64,000 nt of DNA from positions 1-64,000 of the forward strand of contig JAZDNO010000031.1 in assembly GCA_043799545.1 (NCBI GenBank), given 5' to 3'. Shown piece by piece: positions 56,499-64,000 of this stretch. The DNA comes from Methanobacteriota archaeon. Lineage in GTDB: Archaea > Thermoplasmatota > Thermoplasmata > SG8-5 > DAIRED01. The translations under genes were made by a program, and so were the position numbers. Each line of letters opens with the position of its first letter. The first letter of the stretch is position 1. Below the pieces are notes generated by a model that did not search any database, had not been told where the DNA came from, and saw only the letters and a list, made by a program, of their open reading frames with translations.

Positions 56499-56944
56499 AC
56501 AAGGAAACGAAGTTGGTGCTGATAATCGTGGCGATGATAGCAGTGGCCGGGGCGGTCGGGTTTGCGTCGAGCAGCGTATTGATCAAACCTCCCGAGCACT
56601 TCGTGCCGCCGGACTTCAATCCCGAGCAGCCTCCCCCCAACAGGATCGACCCGGCAGACAGGGACAGCTTCATCAATGCCAAGTCCGCACTGACGATGAT
56701 AAACATGGTGCTCTCGGTAGCGCTCATTGCCCTCTACGTGAAGATATACGGGGAAACAAAGGCGCAGTTCACGATGGGTCTGATATCCGTCATGCTGGCG
56801 TTGTTCCTGTACGCGCTGATGTCCAACCCGATGATTCCGATGCTGTTCGGCTACCGCATCTTCGGTGTGGGGCTGTTCTCGATAATGCCGGACATATTCA
56901 CGACGGTAGCCCTGTCGATTCTCATCTATCTCACCGTGAAATAG
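56495..56944 (+). CDS. Membrane protein (about 4 TM), translationally coupled to the regulator
   Basis: ATGA overlap; hydrophobic segments. Confidence 0.8.
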   Translation: MNKETKLVLIIVAMIAVAGAVGFASSSVLIKPPEHFVPPDFNPEQPPPNRIDPADRDSFINAKSALTMINMVLSVALIALYVKIYGETKAQFTMGLISVMLALFLYALMSNPMIPMLFGYRIFGVGLFSIMPDIFTTVALSILIYLTVK

Positions 56945-56989
56945 TTTGGGAGAGATTTGGGTGAGACTCTGGTAAATCGATATTAACGG
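56944..56989 (+). promoter_or_regulatory. Tandem TTTGG repeat + BRE/TATA-like block, copy 2
   Basis: gtttgggagagatttgggtgagactctggtaaatcgatattaacgg. Confidence 0.7.
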
Positions 56990-57048
56990 TGCCGCCGTAC
57001 AAGCAGACGTGCCGTTCAGCTAGACATAGCGGCCAAAGGAGTGAAAGC

Positions 57049-58302
57049 GTGTCGTCCACGGGCAGGAGCTTGAAGAACCTATTGAGGAACAAGACAAGGA
57101 CTTTCGCCGTCGTCCTGATAATCGGTCTGAGCATCTGTGTTTACCTTTCGATGTCCATAGTGAGCGGGAACATAAGCAACGACGCGTCGGACCTCGCCGA
57201 GGGCATGGACACGACCGTCACGGTGAGGGCGGCCGGGACATTCGGACCGATGAGCGGGGATGCGATGAACGAGTCAGTCGTCCCGACGATACGCACGGTC
57301 TCGTACGTCGTCAACGTCCAGAGGCTCGCAGTCGTGATGGACCGAGGGGACGACAGTGGGACGTTACAACCGGGCGAGTTTGGCGGGAGGCCCAGCATGC
57401 TGATGATGCAGGGCATTGATCCGTGGGGGGGCATAATTTTAAACACAGGTGGTACAGTTGAGATCACCTCCGGCAGGACCATCGATGAGGCCGAGACGAA
57501 CGCCTTTGTCGCCATAATCGGCGAGAACTACGCAGCGACTAACTCTTTAGCAGTCGGAAGCACGCTGGATGTCAACGGGACTTCCATCCAGGTCGTGGGG
57601 CTTTTCAGCAGCGGCAACAGGTTCGGAGACGACGCCATCATCATGCCCTACGAGACGTTGAAGGCGGCTCGGGAGCTGGAAGGCCCGAACACGGTCTATG
57701 TCAAGATTGATTCGATAGGCAACATGGAATCGGCCGAGGCGGCCCTCAAGACTGCTCTCGGAGACGAATACGACGTAGTCCCCGCGACGGAGGTGCGGGG
57801 CGATTTCATGCAGCAGAACATCGACAACATCAAGGCCAACAGCCAGCTTAGCTCGATTGTCGCCCTCATCACGGCGAGCGTCGTGATGGTATTTGTCATG
57901 GTCCTCATCACCCGCGAGCGAATCAAGGAGATTGGCATTCTAAAGGCGATAGGCTTCAAGAATTCAAAAATTATCTCCCAGTTCCTGACGGAATCGATGG
58001 CGCTGGCCGTAATCGGTTTCGTTGTCGGCATCGCGATGACGATGGTCATGGGGCCGTACATAGCAAACACTGTTCTCGGCACATCGACGACTTCCAATAT
58101 GCCCGGGGGCGGCATGACCTTCCAGGGTCGGCCTGGAGGCGTCGGTGGCATGGCCTCAGCAACGCTGGATTTCAGCCTCAGCGCGGACCTCGTCGTTTAC
58201 ACATTGGTATTCGCAATCGTCCTTGGAATCATAGGCGCGATGTACCCAGTGCTCCGCGCGATAAAGCTCAGGCCAGCTGACGCGCTCAGGTACACGGAGT
58301 GA
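57049..58302 (+). CDS. ABC transporter permease, MacB/FtsX family
   Basis: KNLLRNKTRT, large extracellular loop, ERIKEIGILKAIGF and P..RAIKLRPADALR motifs; GTG 57049 after a GGAGTGA RBS. Confidence 0.93.
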   Translation: MSSTGRSLKNLLRNKTRTFAVVLIIGLSICVYLSMSIVSGNISNDASDLAEGMDTTVTVRAAGTFGPMSGDAMNESVVPTIRTVSYVVNVQRLAVVMDRGDDSGTLQPGEFGGRPSMLMMQGIDPWGGIILNTGGTVEITSGRTIDEAETNAFVAIIGENYAATNSLAVGSTLDVNGTSIQVVGLFSSGNRFGDDAIIMPYETLKAARELEGPNTVYVKIDSIGNMESAEAALKTALGDEYDVVPATEVRGDFMQQNIDNIKANSQLSSIVALITASVVMVFVMVLITRERIKEIGILKAIGFKNSKIISQFLTESMALAVIGFVVGIAMTMVMGPYIANTVLGTSTTSNMPGGGMTFQGRPGGVGGMASATLDFSLSADLVVYTLVFAIVLGIIGAMYPVLRAIKLRPADALRYTE

Positions 58303-58311
58303 GGTGAGAGC

Positions 58312-59313
58312 ATGAACCCAAGCGAAATGGAAGCAAAGGCCATCGCAGTCAAAACTCCTGGCGAAGCATCGAGGGCGGCGGACGCACCTGAGGTTGAAAA
58401 GGAAGATTACGTCGTAGTCCTGGAGGACGTGTCCAAGGATTTCGCAGTCAGGGGTCAGAGCACGCCAGTCCATGCCCTCAAGGGCGTGAACATGAAAGTT
58501 CCGAGGGGAGCGCTCGTCGCTGTCAAGGGAGAGAGCGGCAGCGGCAAGACTACGCTGCTGCAAATCGTCGGCGCACTGGACGTGCCTACGGACGGCGTCG
58601 TATTCGTCGGGGACAGGGACATCTCGGCGATGAGCGAGAGCGAGCTGACGAATCACCGCGCAAAGACCGTGGGCTTCATATTCCAGAACTTCAACCTGAT
58701 ACCGAACCTGTCTGCGCTGGAGAACGTCGAGCTGCCGATGGAGGCGCTCGACCGCCCGACGGCGGAGCGGAGGCGCGCGGCGGTAGACCTTCTCACAACT
58801 GTGGGGATGGAGCACAGGATGGACTACAAGCCCATGAAGCTCAGCGGCGGGGAGCAGCAGCGGGTAGCCATCGCGAGGGCGCTGGCCAACGACCCGACGA
58901 TCGTGTTGGCGGACGAGCCGACGGGCAACCTGGATTCCAAGACGGGCGCGTCGATAGTCGAGCTGCTTAACAAGCTGAGGACCGAGCGCGGCACGACAAT
59001 CATCATGGTCACGCACTCGGAGGAGGCGGCGCGCGCTGCGGACTTTGCCTACATCATAAGCGACGGGGCCATCACAAACAAAAAGGACCTTGGCGAGGAG
59101 TTCGAGATGGCATCCAGGAAGAAAGCGTTGCGCGAAGAGCTTGCCGTGACGGCGGGCATAGCCAGCAGGCTATTCTCGGCAGGGTACGACGACGTGGATA
59201 CAATCGACGACCGCGACCTGGCCGACCTCACCGAGGTCGTCGGGGACGAGAAGCAAGCCAAGAAGATAATCCGGAACGCAGAGAGGGCGAGGAAGAAACG
59301 GGACAGGCAGTAA
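58312..59313 (+). CDS. LolD/MacB-type ABC ATPase with C-terminal HhH-like extension
   Basis: GESGSGKTT, LSGGEQQR, LADEPTGNLD and VTH motifs; ~70 extra C-terminal residues. Confidence 0.93.
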   Translation: MNPSEMEAKAIAVKTPGEASRAADAPEVEKEDYVVVLEDVSKDFAVRGQSTPVHALKGVNMKVPRGALVAVKGESGSGKTTLLQIVGALDVPTDGVVFVGDRDISAMSESELTNHRAKTVGFIFQNFNLIPNLSALENVELPMEALDRPTAERRRAAVDLLTTVGMEHRMDYKPMKLSGGEQQRVAIARALANDPTIVLADEPTGNLDSKTGASIVELLNKLRTERGTTIIMVTHSEEAARAADFAYIISDGAITNKKDLGEEFEMASRKKALREELAVTAGIASRLFSAGYDDVDTIDDRDLADLTEVVGDEKQAKKIIRNAERARKKRDRQ

Positions 59314-59398
59314 ATCCATCCGCGGAATCGGGTGTTGTGCGGCCCGCTGCGGCAATTCGGGCGCAACCGATATATCGCACAATGTAATCCACGGCTGG

Positions 59399-59974
59399 AT
59401 GGCAGATTGGCTCGTCGCCTTCGGCACCGCGTTCGCGATGATATTCCTCTTCGAGATGGGGGACAAGACCCAGCTCATGACAATATCGTTCGCCGCGAAA
59501 TATCCGCGCTGGCTCGTCTTCTGGGCGGTTTATTCCGCGATGGCCCTGCTCACCCTGATGGCCGTGGCGATAGGCGGGGTGATAACCAGGTACGTTCCGA
59601 TTCACCTCATCCAGGTCGTGTCGGGAATAGTTTTCATCCTGTTCGGAGTCTGGGGGCTCTGGAAGATGAACGAGGAGGGGGACGGCGACGGCGAGGAAAG
59701 GGACGGGCGGAAGCCATTCGCCATGATTTTCACCATGCTGGTCCTCGCCGAACTCGGGGACAAGACGCAGCTCGCGACAATAACATTGGCGTCGTCCTAC
59801 GACTGGCTGCCGGTCGCATTGGGGGGGCTGCTGGGCTTTGCAGCGGTAGTCGCGCTCGGCGTAGCGCTGGGCGAGGTCATAGCCCGCAAGGTCAAGAGGG
59901 AGTACGTCGTAATCGGGGCGGCTGTGTTCTCGATGGCGATGGGGGCGTATTTCATCTGCGAGGCGTTAATCTAG
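59399..59974 (+). CDS. GDT1/TMEM165 (UPF0016) cation transporter
   Basis: Twin EMGDKTQ and ELGDKTQ motifs. Confidence 0.95.
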   Translation: MADWLVAFGTAFAMIFLFEMGDKTQLMTISFAAKYPRWLVFWAVYSAMALLTLMAVAIGGVITRYVPIHLIQVVSGIVFILFGVWGLWKMNEEGDGDGEERDGRKPFAMIFTMLVLAELGDKTQLATITLASSYDWLPVALGGLLGFAAVVALGVALGEVIARKVKREYVVIGAAVFSMAMGAYFICEALI

Positions 59975-60046
59975 AAATAGCACTTTCGGACAACCCCGGT
60001 ACTAACCCTTATATCCGCCGCAGCCAATCCGAGTGCAGGGATAAAC

Positions 60047-60988
60047 ATGCCCGAGATGAAAGTAGAAGAACTGCCAGGAGTGGGGGCCGCGACCGCGGAG
60101 AAGCTGAAAGATGCCGGATACACGACGGTCATGCAGGTTGCGGTCGAGTCCCCGAAGACGCTGGCCGAGCTCACGGAAATCGGCGAAGCCGTGGCCGCGA
60201 AAATCATCGCCGCAGCGAAGAAGAACGCAGAGATAGGCGGATTCGAAACCGGCGATGTCGTGATGGAGCGCAGGAAGACGGTATCCAAGCTCACGACATG
60301 CTCCAAGGCCTTCAACGACCTGATGGGGGGCGGCTTCGAAACGCAGGCGATAGTGGAGCTGTTTGGGGAATTCGGCTCTGGCAAGACTCAGATCGCGCAC
60401 CAGTGCGCAGTCACGGCCCAGCTTCCCGAGGACAAGGGCGGCCTCGACAGCGACGTCATCATCATAGACACGGAGAACACCTTCCGTCCCGAGAGGATTG
60501 TCCAGATGGCTACCGCGCTGGAGATGGATCCCGAGGACGTTCTAAAGCGCATCCACGTCGCAAGAGCATACAACTCGCACCACCAGATGCTCCTCGTCGA
60601 AAAGGCTGACGCGATTGTGAAGAAGCACAAGGTCCGCCTCATCATCGTCGATTCGCTCACGGCCCACTTCAGGGCCGAGTACATCGGCAGGGGCACGCTG
60701 GCCGACAGGCAGCAGAAGCTGAACACCCACATGCACGACCTCCTGCACTTCGGAGACATGAACAACGCGCTCATTGTCGTGACGAACCAGGTCTCGGCGA
60801 AACCGGACACGTTCTTCGGCGACCCGACGCGCCCAATCGGTGGCCACATAGTCGGACACACCGCCACGTTCCGCCTCTATCTCCGCAAGAGCAAGGGCGG
60901 GAAGCGCATAGCCAGGCTCATCGACTCTCCCAACCTCCCCGAGGCCGAGGCGGTCATCACCGTGAGCGAGGTCGGGATAAGGGACTGA
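60047..60988 (+). CDS. radA: DNA recombinase RadA
   Basis: N-terminal HhH ([12 protein letters not shown]), [19 protein letters not shown] and GGHIVGH motifs. Confidence 0.98.
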   Translation: MPEMKVEELPGVGAATAEKLKDAGYTTVMQVAVESPKTLAELTEIGEAVAAKIIAAAKKNAEIGGFETGDVVMERRKTVSKLTTCSKAFNDLMGGGFETQAIVELFGEFGSGKTQIAHQCAVTAQLPEDKGGLDSDVIIIDTENTFRPERIVQMATALEMDPEDVLKRIHVARAYNSHHQMLLVEKADAIVKKHKVRLIIVDSLTAHFRAEYIGRGTLADRQQKLNTHMHDLLHFGDMNNALIVVTNQVSAKPDTFFGDPTRPIGGHIVGHTATFRLYLRKSKGGKRIARLIDSPNLPEAEAVITVSEVGIRD

Positions 60989-61066
60989 AAGGGCTGGTTA
61001 ACAGCCATTTGGCGATTCAGCCTAGTCTCGAAACGTTTATATATCAACCATCCCTCCGAAGCTTGG

Positions 61067-61897
61067 ATGCCGATAAGCGTCGTAATCATTGCCAGGAACG
61101 CCGAGAACTACATGCGGGATTGCCTCGACAGCCTGGTCTGGCAGTCCAGGCACCCGCACGAGGTCATCGTGGTCGACGCCGAGAGCACGGACTCCACCCA
61201 GGCCATCGTCCGGGAGCACGAGAAGGCGCACGCATTCGTCAAGCTCTACGTCGAGCCTGGCACTCGGGGGGAAGGGCGCAACTACGGAGCGTCCAAGGCG
61301 ACTGGCGATATCATCGCATTTGTCGACGCGGATGCAATATGCAACGCGCTCTGGGTCGAGGGTATGGAGAACGCCTTCGCCGCCGGTGCGGACGTGGTCG
61401 CCGGGCGCGAGGTGCGCCTGGGATACACTGGCTTCACATCGCTCAAGCGCGTCGGGATGCTTCACAAGGGAGTGGACGTAACATACCCGAGCGTGAATCT
61501 GGCCTATAAAAAATCCGTGTTCGAGGCCATAGGCGGTTTCGACCCGTGGTTCAAGGAGGCGGAGGAGGTGGACCTTAACTTCCGCGCTGTCGACGCCGGT
61601 TACAAGCTGGTGTTCTGGGACAGGGCGATAGTCTATCACCGCGCCCGCGAGACCTTCACGGGCTTCTTCAAGCAGTCGTTCTGGTACGGCTTCGGGCGCA
61701 AGGAGCTCACGCTGCGCCACGGCAAGCTCTGGTCCAAGTACGACCCGGTCCACATGGTCCAGGTCACCTCGGACGAGTCGTTCTGGAAGCTGGTGCGCCT
61801 GGGGATATCCTTCTTGGGCTTCCTTTTCTGCAAGCTGGTTGGAAAGAAGAAAGACAGCAAGGAGAGGTTCCGCGTTTCAAAGGCGAGCGAACGGTGA
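61067..61897 (+). CDS. Glycosyltransferase family 2
   Basis: ISVVIIARN, VVDAESTDST, AFVDAD and IGGFD motifs. Confidence 0.95.
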   Translation: MPISVVIIARNAENYMRDCLDSLVWQSRHPHEVIVVDAESTDSTQAIVREHEKAHAFVKLYVEPGTRGEGRNYGASKATGDIIAFVDADAICNALWVEGMENAFAAGADVVAGREVRLGYTGFTSLKRVGMLHKGVDVTYPSVNLAYKKSVFEAIGGFDPWFKEAEEVDLNFRAVDAGYKLVFWDRAIVYHRARETFTGFFKQSFWYGFGRKELTLRHGKLWSKYDPVHMVQVTSDESFWKLVRLGISFLGFLFCKLVGKKKDSKERFRVSKASER

Positions 61898-61904
61898 GGG
61901 GCTT

Positions 61905-62720
61905 TCAATCCTCTCCTTCCCAAATCCTCATGTAATAATCGTTGATGAGGTTCCACCCGTAATCGTACTTGCTCCAGTCGCTTACAAAATAGTTAGCGAT
62001 AGCGCTGCACCTGTAGAACTCCCCCGAAACGTATGGCTTGTTGCCGTGGTCCGGGTGCGCGTCGGCCAGCTCTGGGCGGCAACGAAGGTCCCACGCGCTT
62101 GCCAGGCCCCCTTCCGGTTTTGCATAGCACGCGTCGCTCGTCGCGTCGAACACGGCCCAGCTTCCGACCCCTCCGCTCCTGATGTAGATTTCGACGACCC
62201 CGTGCCCCCAGTTCTTCCTAGTCATGTCGAACAAGTAAACGAGCCTCGAAGGCATTCCAGCAACTTGAGCCAGGGCGCAGAGCACCCTGGAAAGCTCCGT
62301 GCAGACGTAAGTCCCCCGCTTGATGAGTTCCTCCTCAGTCCCGCCGAAGAGCATCGTGTCCGTCGTCCAGAAACCTTTCTCCGTGCTCTTCTCCGGAGTC
62401 GGGAACTGGCTCTGGATTCCCGAGCACCATCGCGCGAGCGATTTCGCCCTGAGCTCGTCGCCGGACTGTCTAGCCACCCGTCCGACGATACCCTCAAGGT
62501 ACGGGCGCCCGCCTTTTTTGTAAGTTGCCCGCAATGGCGCACAATCCGAATACAACCACCCCTCGGTCTCGGGCAAGAGCTTGACCATCTCGTCGAGCAG
62601 TACGGAATCCACGGTTCCCGGGGCGTGGAGGTCGTTCTCCAGGCTCAGGAGCTCGTCGTACGTTCCGAAACCCGTGCGCCCCTTGTAAGCTTTGAGATTC
62701 ATGCCAGGTTTCATTTCCAT
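61905..62720 (-). CDS. Transglutaminase-like domain protein
   Basis: VCTELSRVLCAL..VAGMPSRLV, GHGVVE and WAVFD Cys-His-Asp triad; only the 3' part of ORF-track entry 61905..63998. Confidence 0.8.
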   Translation of the reverse strand: MEMKPGMNLKAYKGRTGFGTYDELLSLENDLHAPGTVDSVLLDEMVKLLPETEGWLYSDCAPLRATYKKGGRPYLEGIVGRVARQSGDELRAKSLARWCSGIQSQFPTPEKSTEKGFWTTDTMLFGGTEEELIKRGTYVCTELSRVLCALAQVAGMPSRLVYLFDMTRKNWGHGVVEIYIRSGGVGSWAVFDATSDACYAKPEGGLASAWDLRCRPELADAHPDHGNKPYVSGEFYRCSAIANYFVSDWSKYDYGWNLINDYYMRIWEGED

Positions 62721-62831
62721 GTGAGAACGAACGGCGAATGGAATAATATAATTTGCGACGCAGGTCGCATCTCCGCCACTTTCGCCTCCCCCCACATAAT
62801 CATATTTAACTCTCCAGGCGTTTGGGGGACA

Positions 62832-64000
62832 ATGCCCAAGCCCCTCTTCCCATACGAGCCGCGCGCGAACCAGCGCGAGTTCATGTCCCTCGTGAGGCGA
62901 ACCCTCAAGGAGCAGTCCCACGTCGTCGTCGAGTCCGGCACGGGCTCTGGCAAGACCGTGTGCGCCCTGGTCCCCTGCGTCGAACACGCGATGAGGAAAC
63001 ACAAGAAGGTCGTCTACCTCACGCGCACGAACTCCCAGCAGCGCCAGGTCATCCGCGAGTCCAGGGCAATCGCCAAGAAGGGCATGTTCTTCGCCTGCGG
63101 CGTCCAGGGCCGGCAGAACACATGCCTGATGCTCGAAACGGACCCCGAGTTCCGCGAGGGCTCCCCCGACGAGCTGGCCAAGTGGTGCGGCGAGATGAAG
63201 CGGCGCACTTTGAAGGGCAAGCCCGGCGGTTGCAATTTCTACGCCAAGCTCGTGGAGGCCGACAAGGACGCGCTCGATGCCTGGGCGAAGGAGCGCATCC
63301 CGACGGTCGAGGAGTTCGCGGCCCGCTGCCGATCCATCGGCGTCTGCCCGTACGAGGCGAACAAGCTCCTGATTCCAGATGCGCTGGTCGTCACCGCACC
63401 GTACGTCTACTTCTTCACGCCGCAGATCGTCCGCACGCTGGTAAGCTGGATGGGCGTGACATTGGAGGACGTCATCCTCGTCGTGGACGAGGCCCACAAC
63501 CTCCCGGAGTACGCCAGGGAGCTGCGCTCGGCCGAGCTCTCTTCGTGGACGCTCCGAGCCGCAGCGCGCGAAGCCGAGAAGTTCGGAGACTCCGAGCTGC
63601 TGCCGGGGACGAGCGTGGCCGACTTCTGCCGCCTCGCGGACGAAACCCTGGGCTACATCGCCGCCGAGTACGTGGCCGACGAGGACGGCCTCGTTCCGCC
63701 GAACGAGCTGGAGGGCGCTCTGATGAACGCGCTGAAGGTCACAAGCTTCAAGCTCCGCACGGTCTTCGAGAACCTCGTGGACTACGGAGAGATTGTCTCC
63801 GACTCGCGCCGCAAGGACGGCAGGCTCCCGCGCTCGTACGCGAGGGCCGTGGGCGCTTTCATGCTGTTCTGGCAGGCCCTGGATTCGGACGAGCACGTCA
63901 AGCTGGTCTACGGCGGGGACAACCCGAAGCTCGAGGCGTACGCCATGGACCCCTCGGGAGCCACGGAGGTCATCCTGTCCGCGCACGCGTCGCTTCACAT
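62832..64000 (+). CDS. xpd: XPD/Rad3 Fe-S DNA helicase (partial, runs off the window)
   Basis: FPYEPRANQ, ESGTGSGKT, TRTNSQ, four Fe-S cysteines (TC, WC, GC, VCPYE), DEAHNL; absent from the ORF track because it has no stop. Confidence 0.95.
   Translation, partial: MPKPLFPYEPRANQREFMSLVRRTLKEQSHVVVESGTGSGKTVCALVPCVEHAMRKHKKVVYLTRTNSQQRQVIRESRAIAKKGMFFACGVQGRQNTCLMLETDPEFREGSPDELAKWCGEMKRRTLKGKPGGCNFYAKLVEADKDALDAWAKERIPTVEEFAARCRSIGVCPYEANKLLIPDALVVTAPYVYFFTPQIVRTLVSWMGVTLEDVILVVDEAHNLPEYARELRSAELSSWTLRAAAREAEKFGDSELLPGTSVADFCRLADETLGYIAAEYVADEDGLVPPNELEGALMNALKVTSFKLRTVFENLVDYGEIVSDSRRKDGRLPRSYARAVGAFMLFWQALDSDEHVKLVYGGDNPKLEAYAMDPSGATEVILSAHASLH

Noticed and set aside
62721-63998. N-terminal 426 codons of ORF 61905..63998
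   Set aside because: Antisense to the XPD helicase; the real gene starts at about 62720.

Overview
GC-rich archaeal chromosomal segment, most likely Thermoplasmatota/Thermoplasmata. This is inferred from RadA, pelota, ABCE1, TrmY, PurP, XPD, a DUF835 protein, GGTGA ribosome-binding sites and TATA-box promoters. About 65 CDS were annotated. Most are housekeeping: translation and tRNA modification, purine/folate/NAD metabolism, and repair. The window also has an Acr3/ArsP/ArsR arsenic-redox locus, several membrane-anchored surface proteins and two AT-rich patches (about 1-1000 and 50130-52240). No CRISPR array, rRNA, integrase or transposase was seen. The best leads, none visible in the ORF track, are: (1) an initiator tRNA-Met split by a 47-nt branched intron in the D-loop with a relaxed bulge-helix-loop splice motif; (2) a ~95-bp intergenic element present twice at ~87% identity, one copy overlapping that tRNA's 3' end; (3) an identically spaced operator/promoter architecture in front of two transcription units flanking a wHTH regulator; (4) a KamA-family radical SAM aminomutase lacking both lysine-binding aspartates, next to an aminotransferase; (5) a SLATT-like 2-TM gene coupled to an uncalled proline-rich 48-aa peptide; (6) unusual domain grafts (OB-fold inside TctA, RadA-like HhH domain on an ABC ATPase, papain-like plus YfaP-like surface protein). 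All family assignments come from motif recognition by eye; no searches were run.
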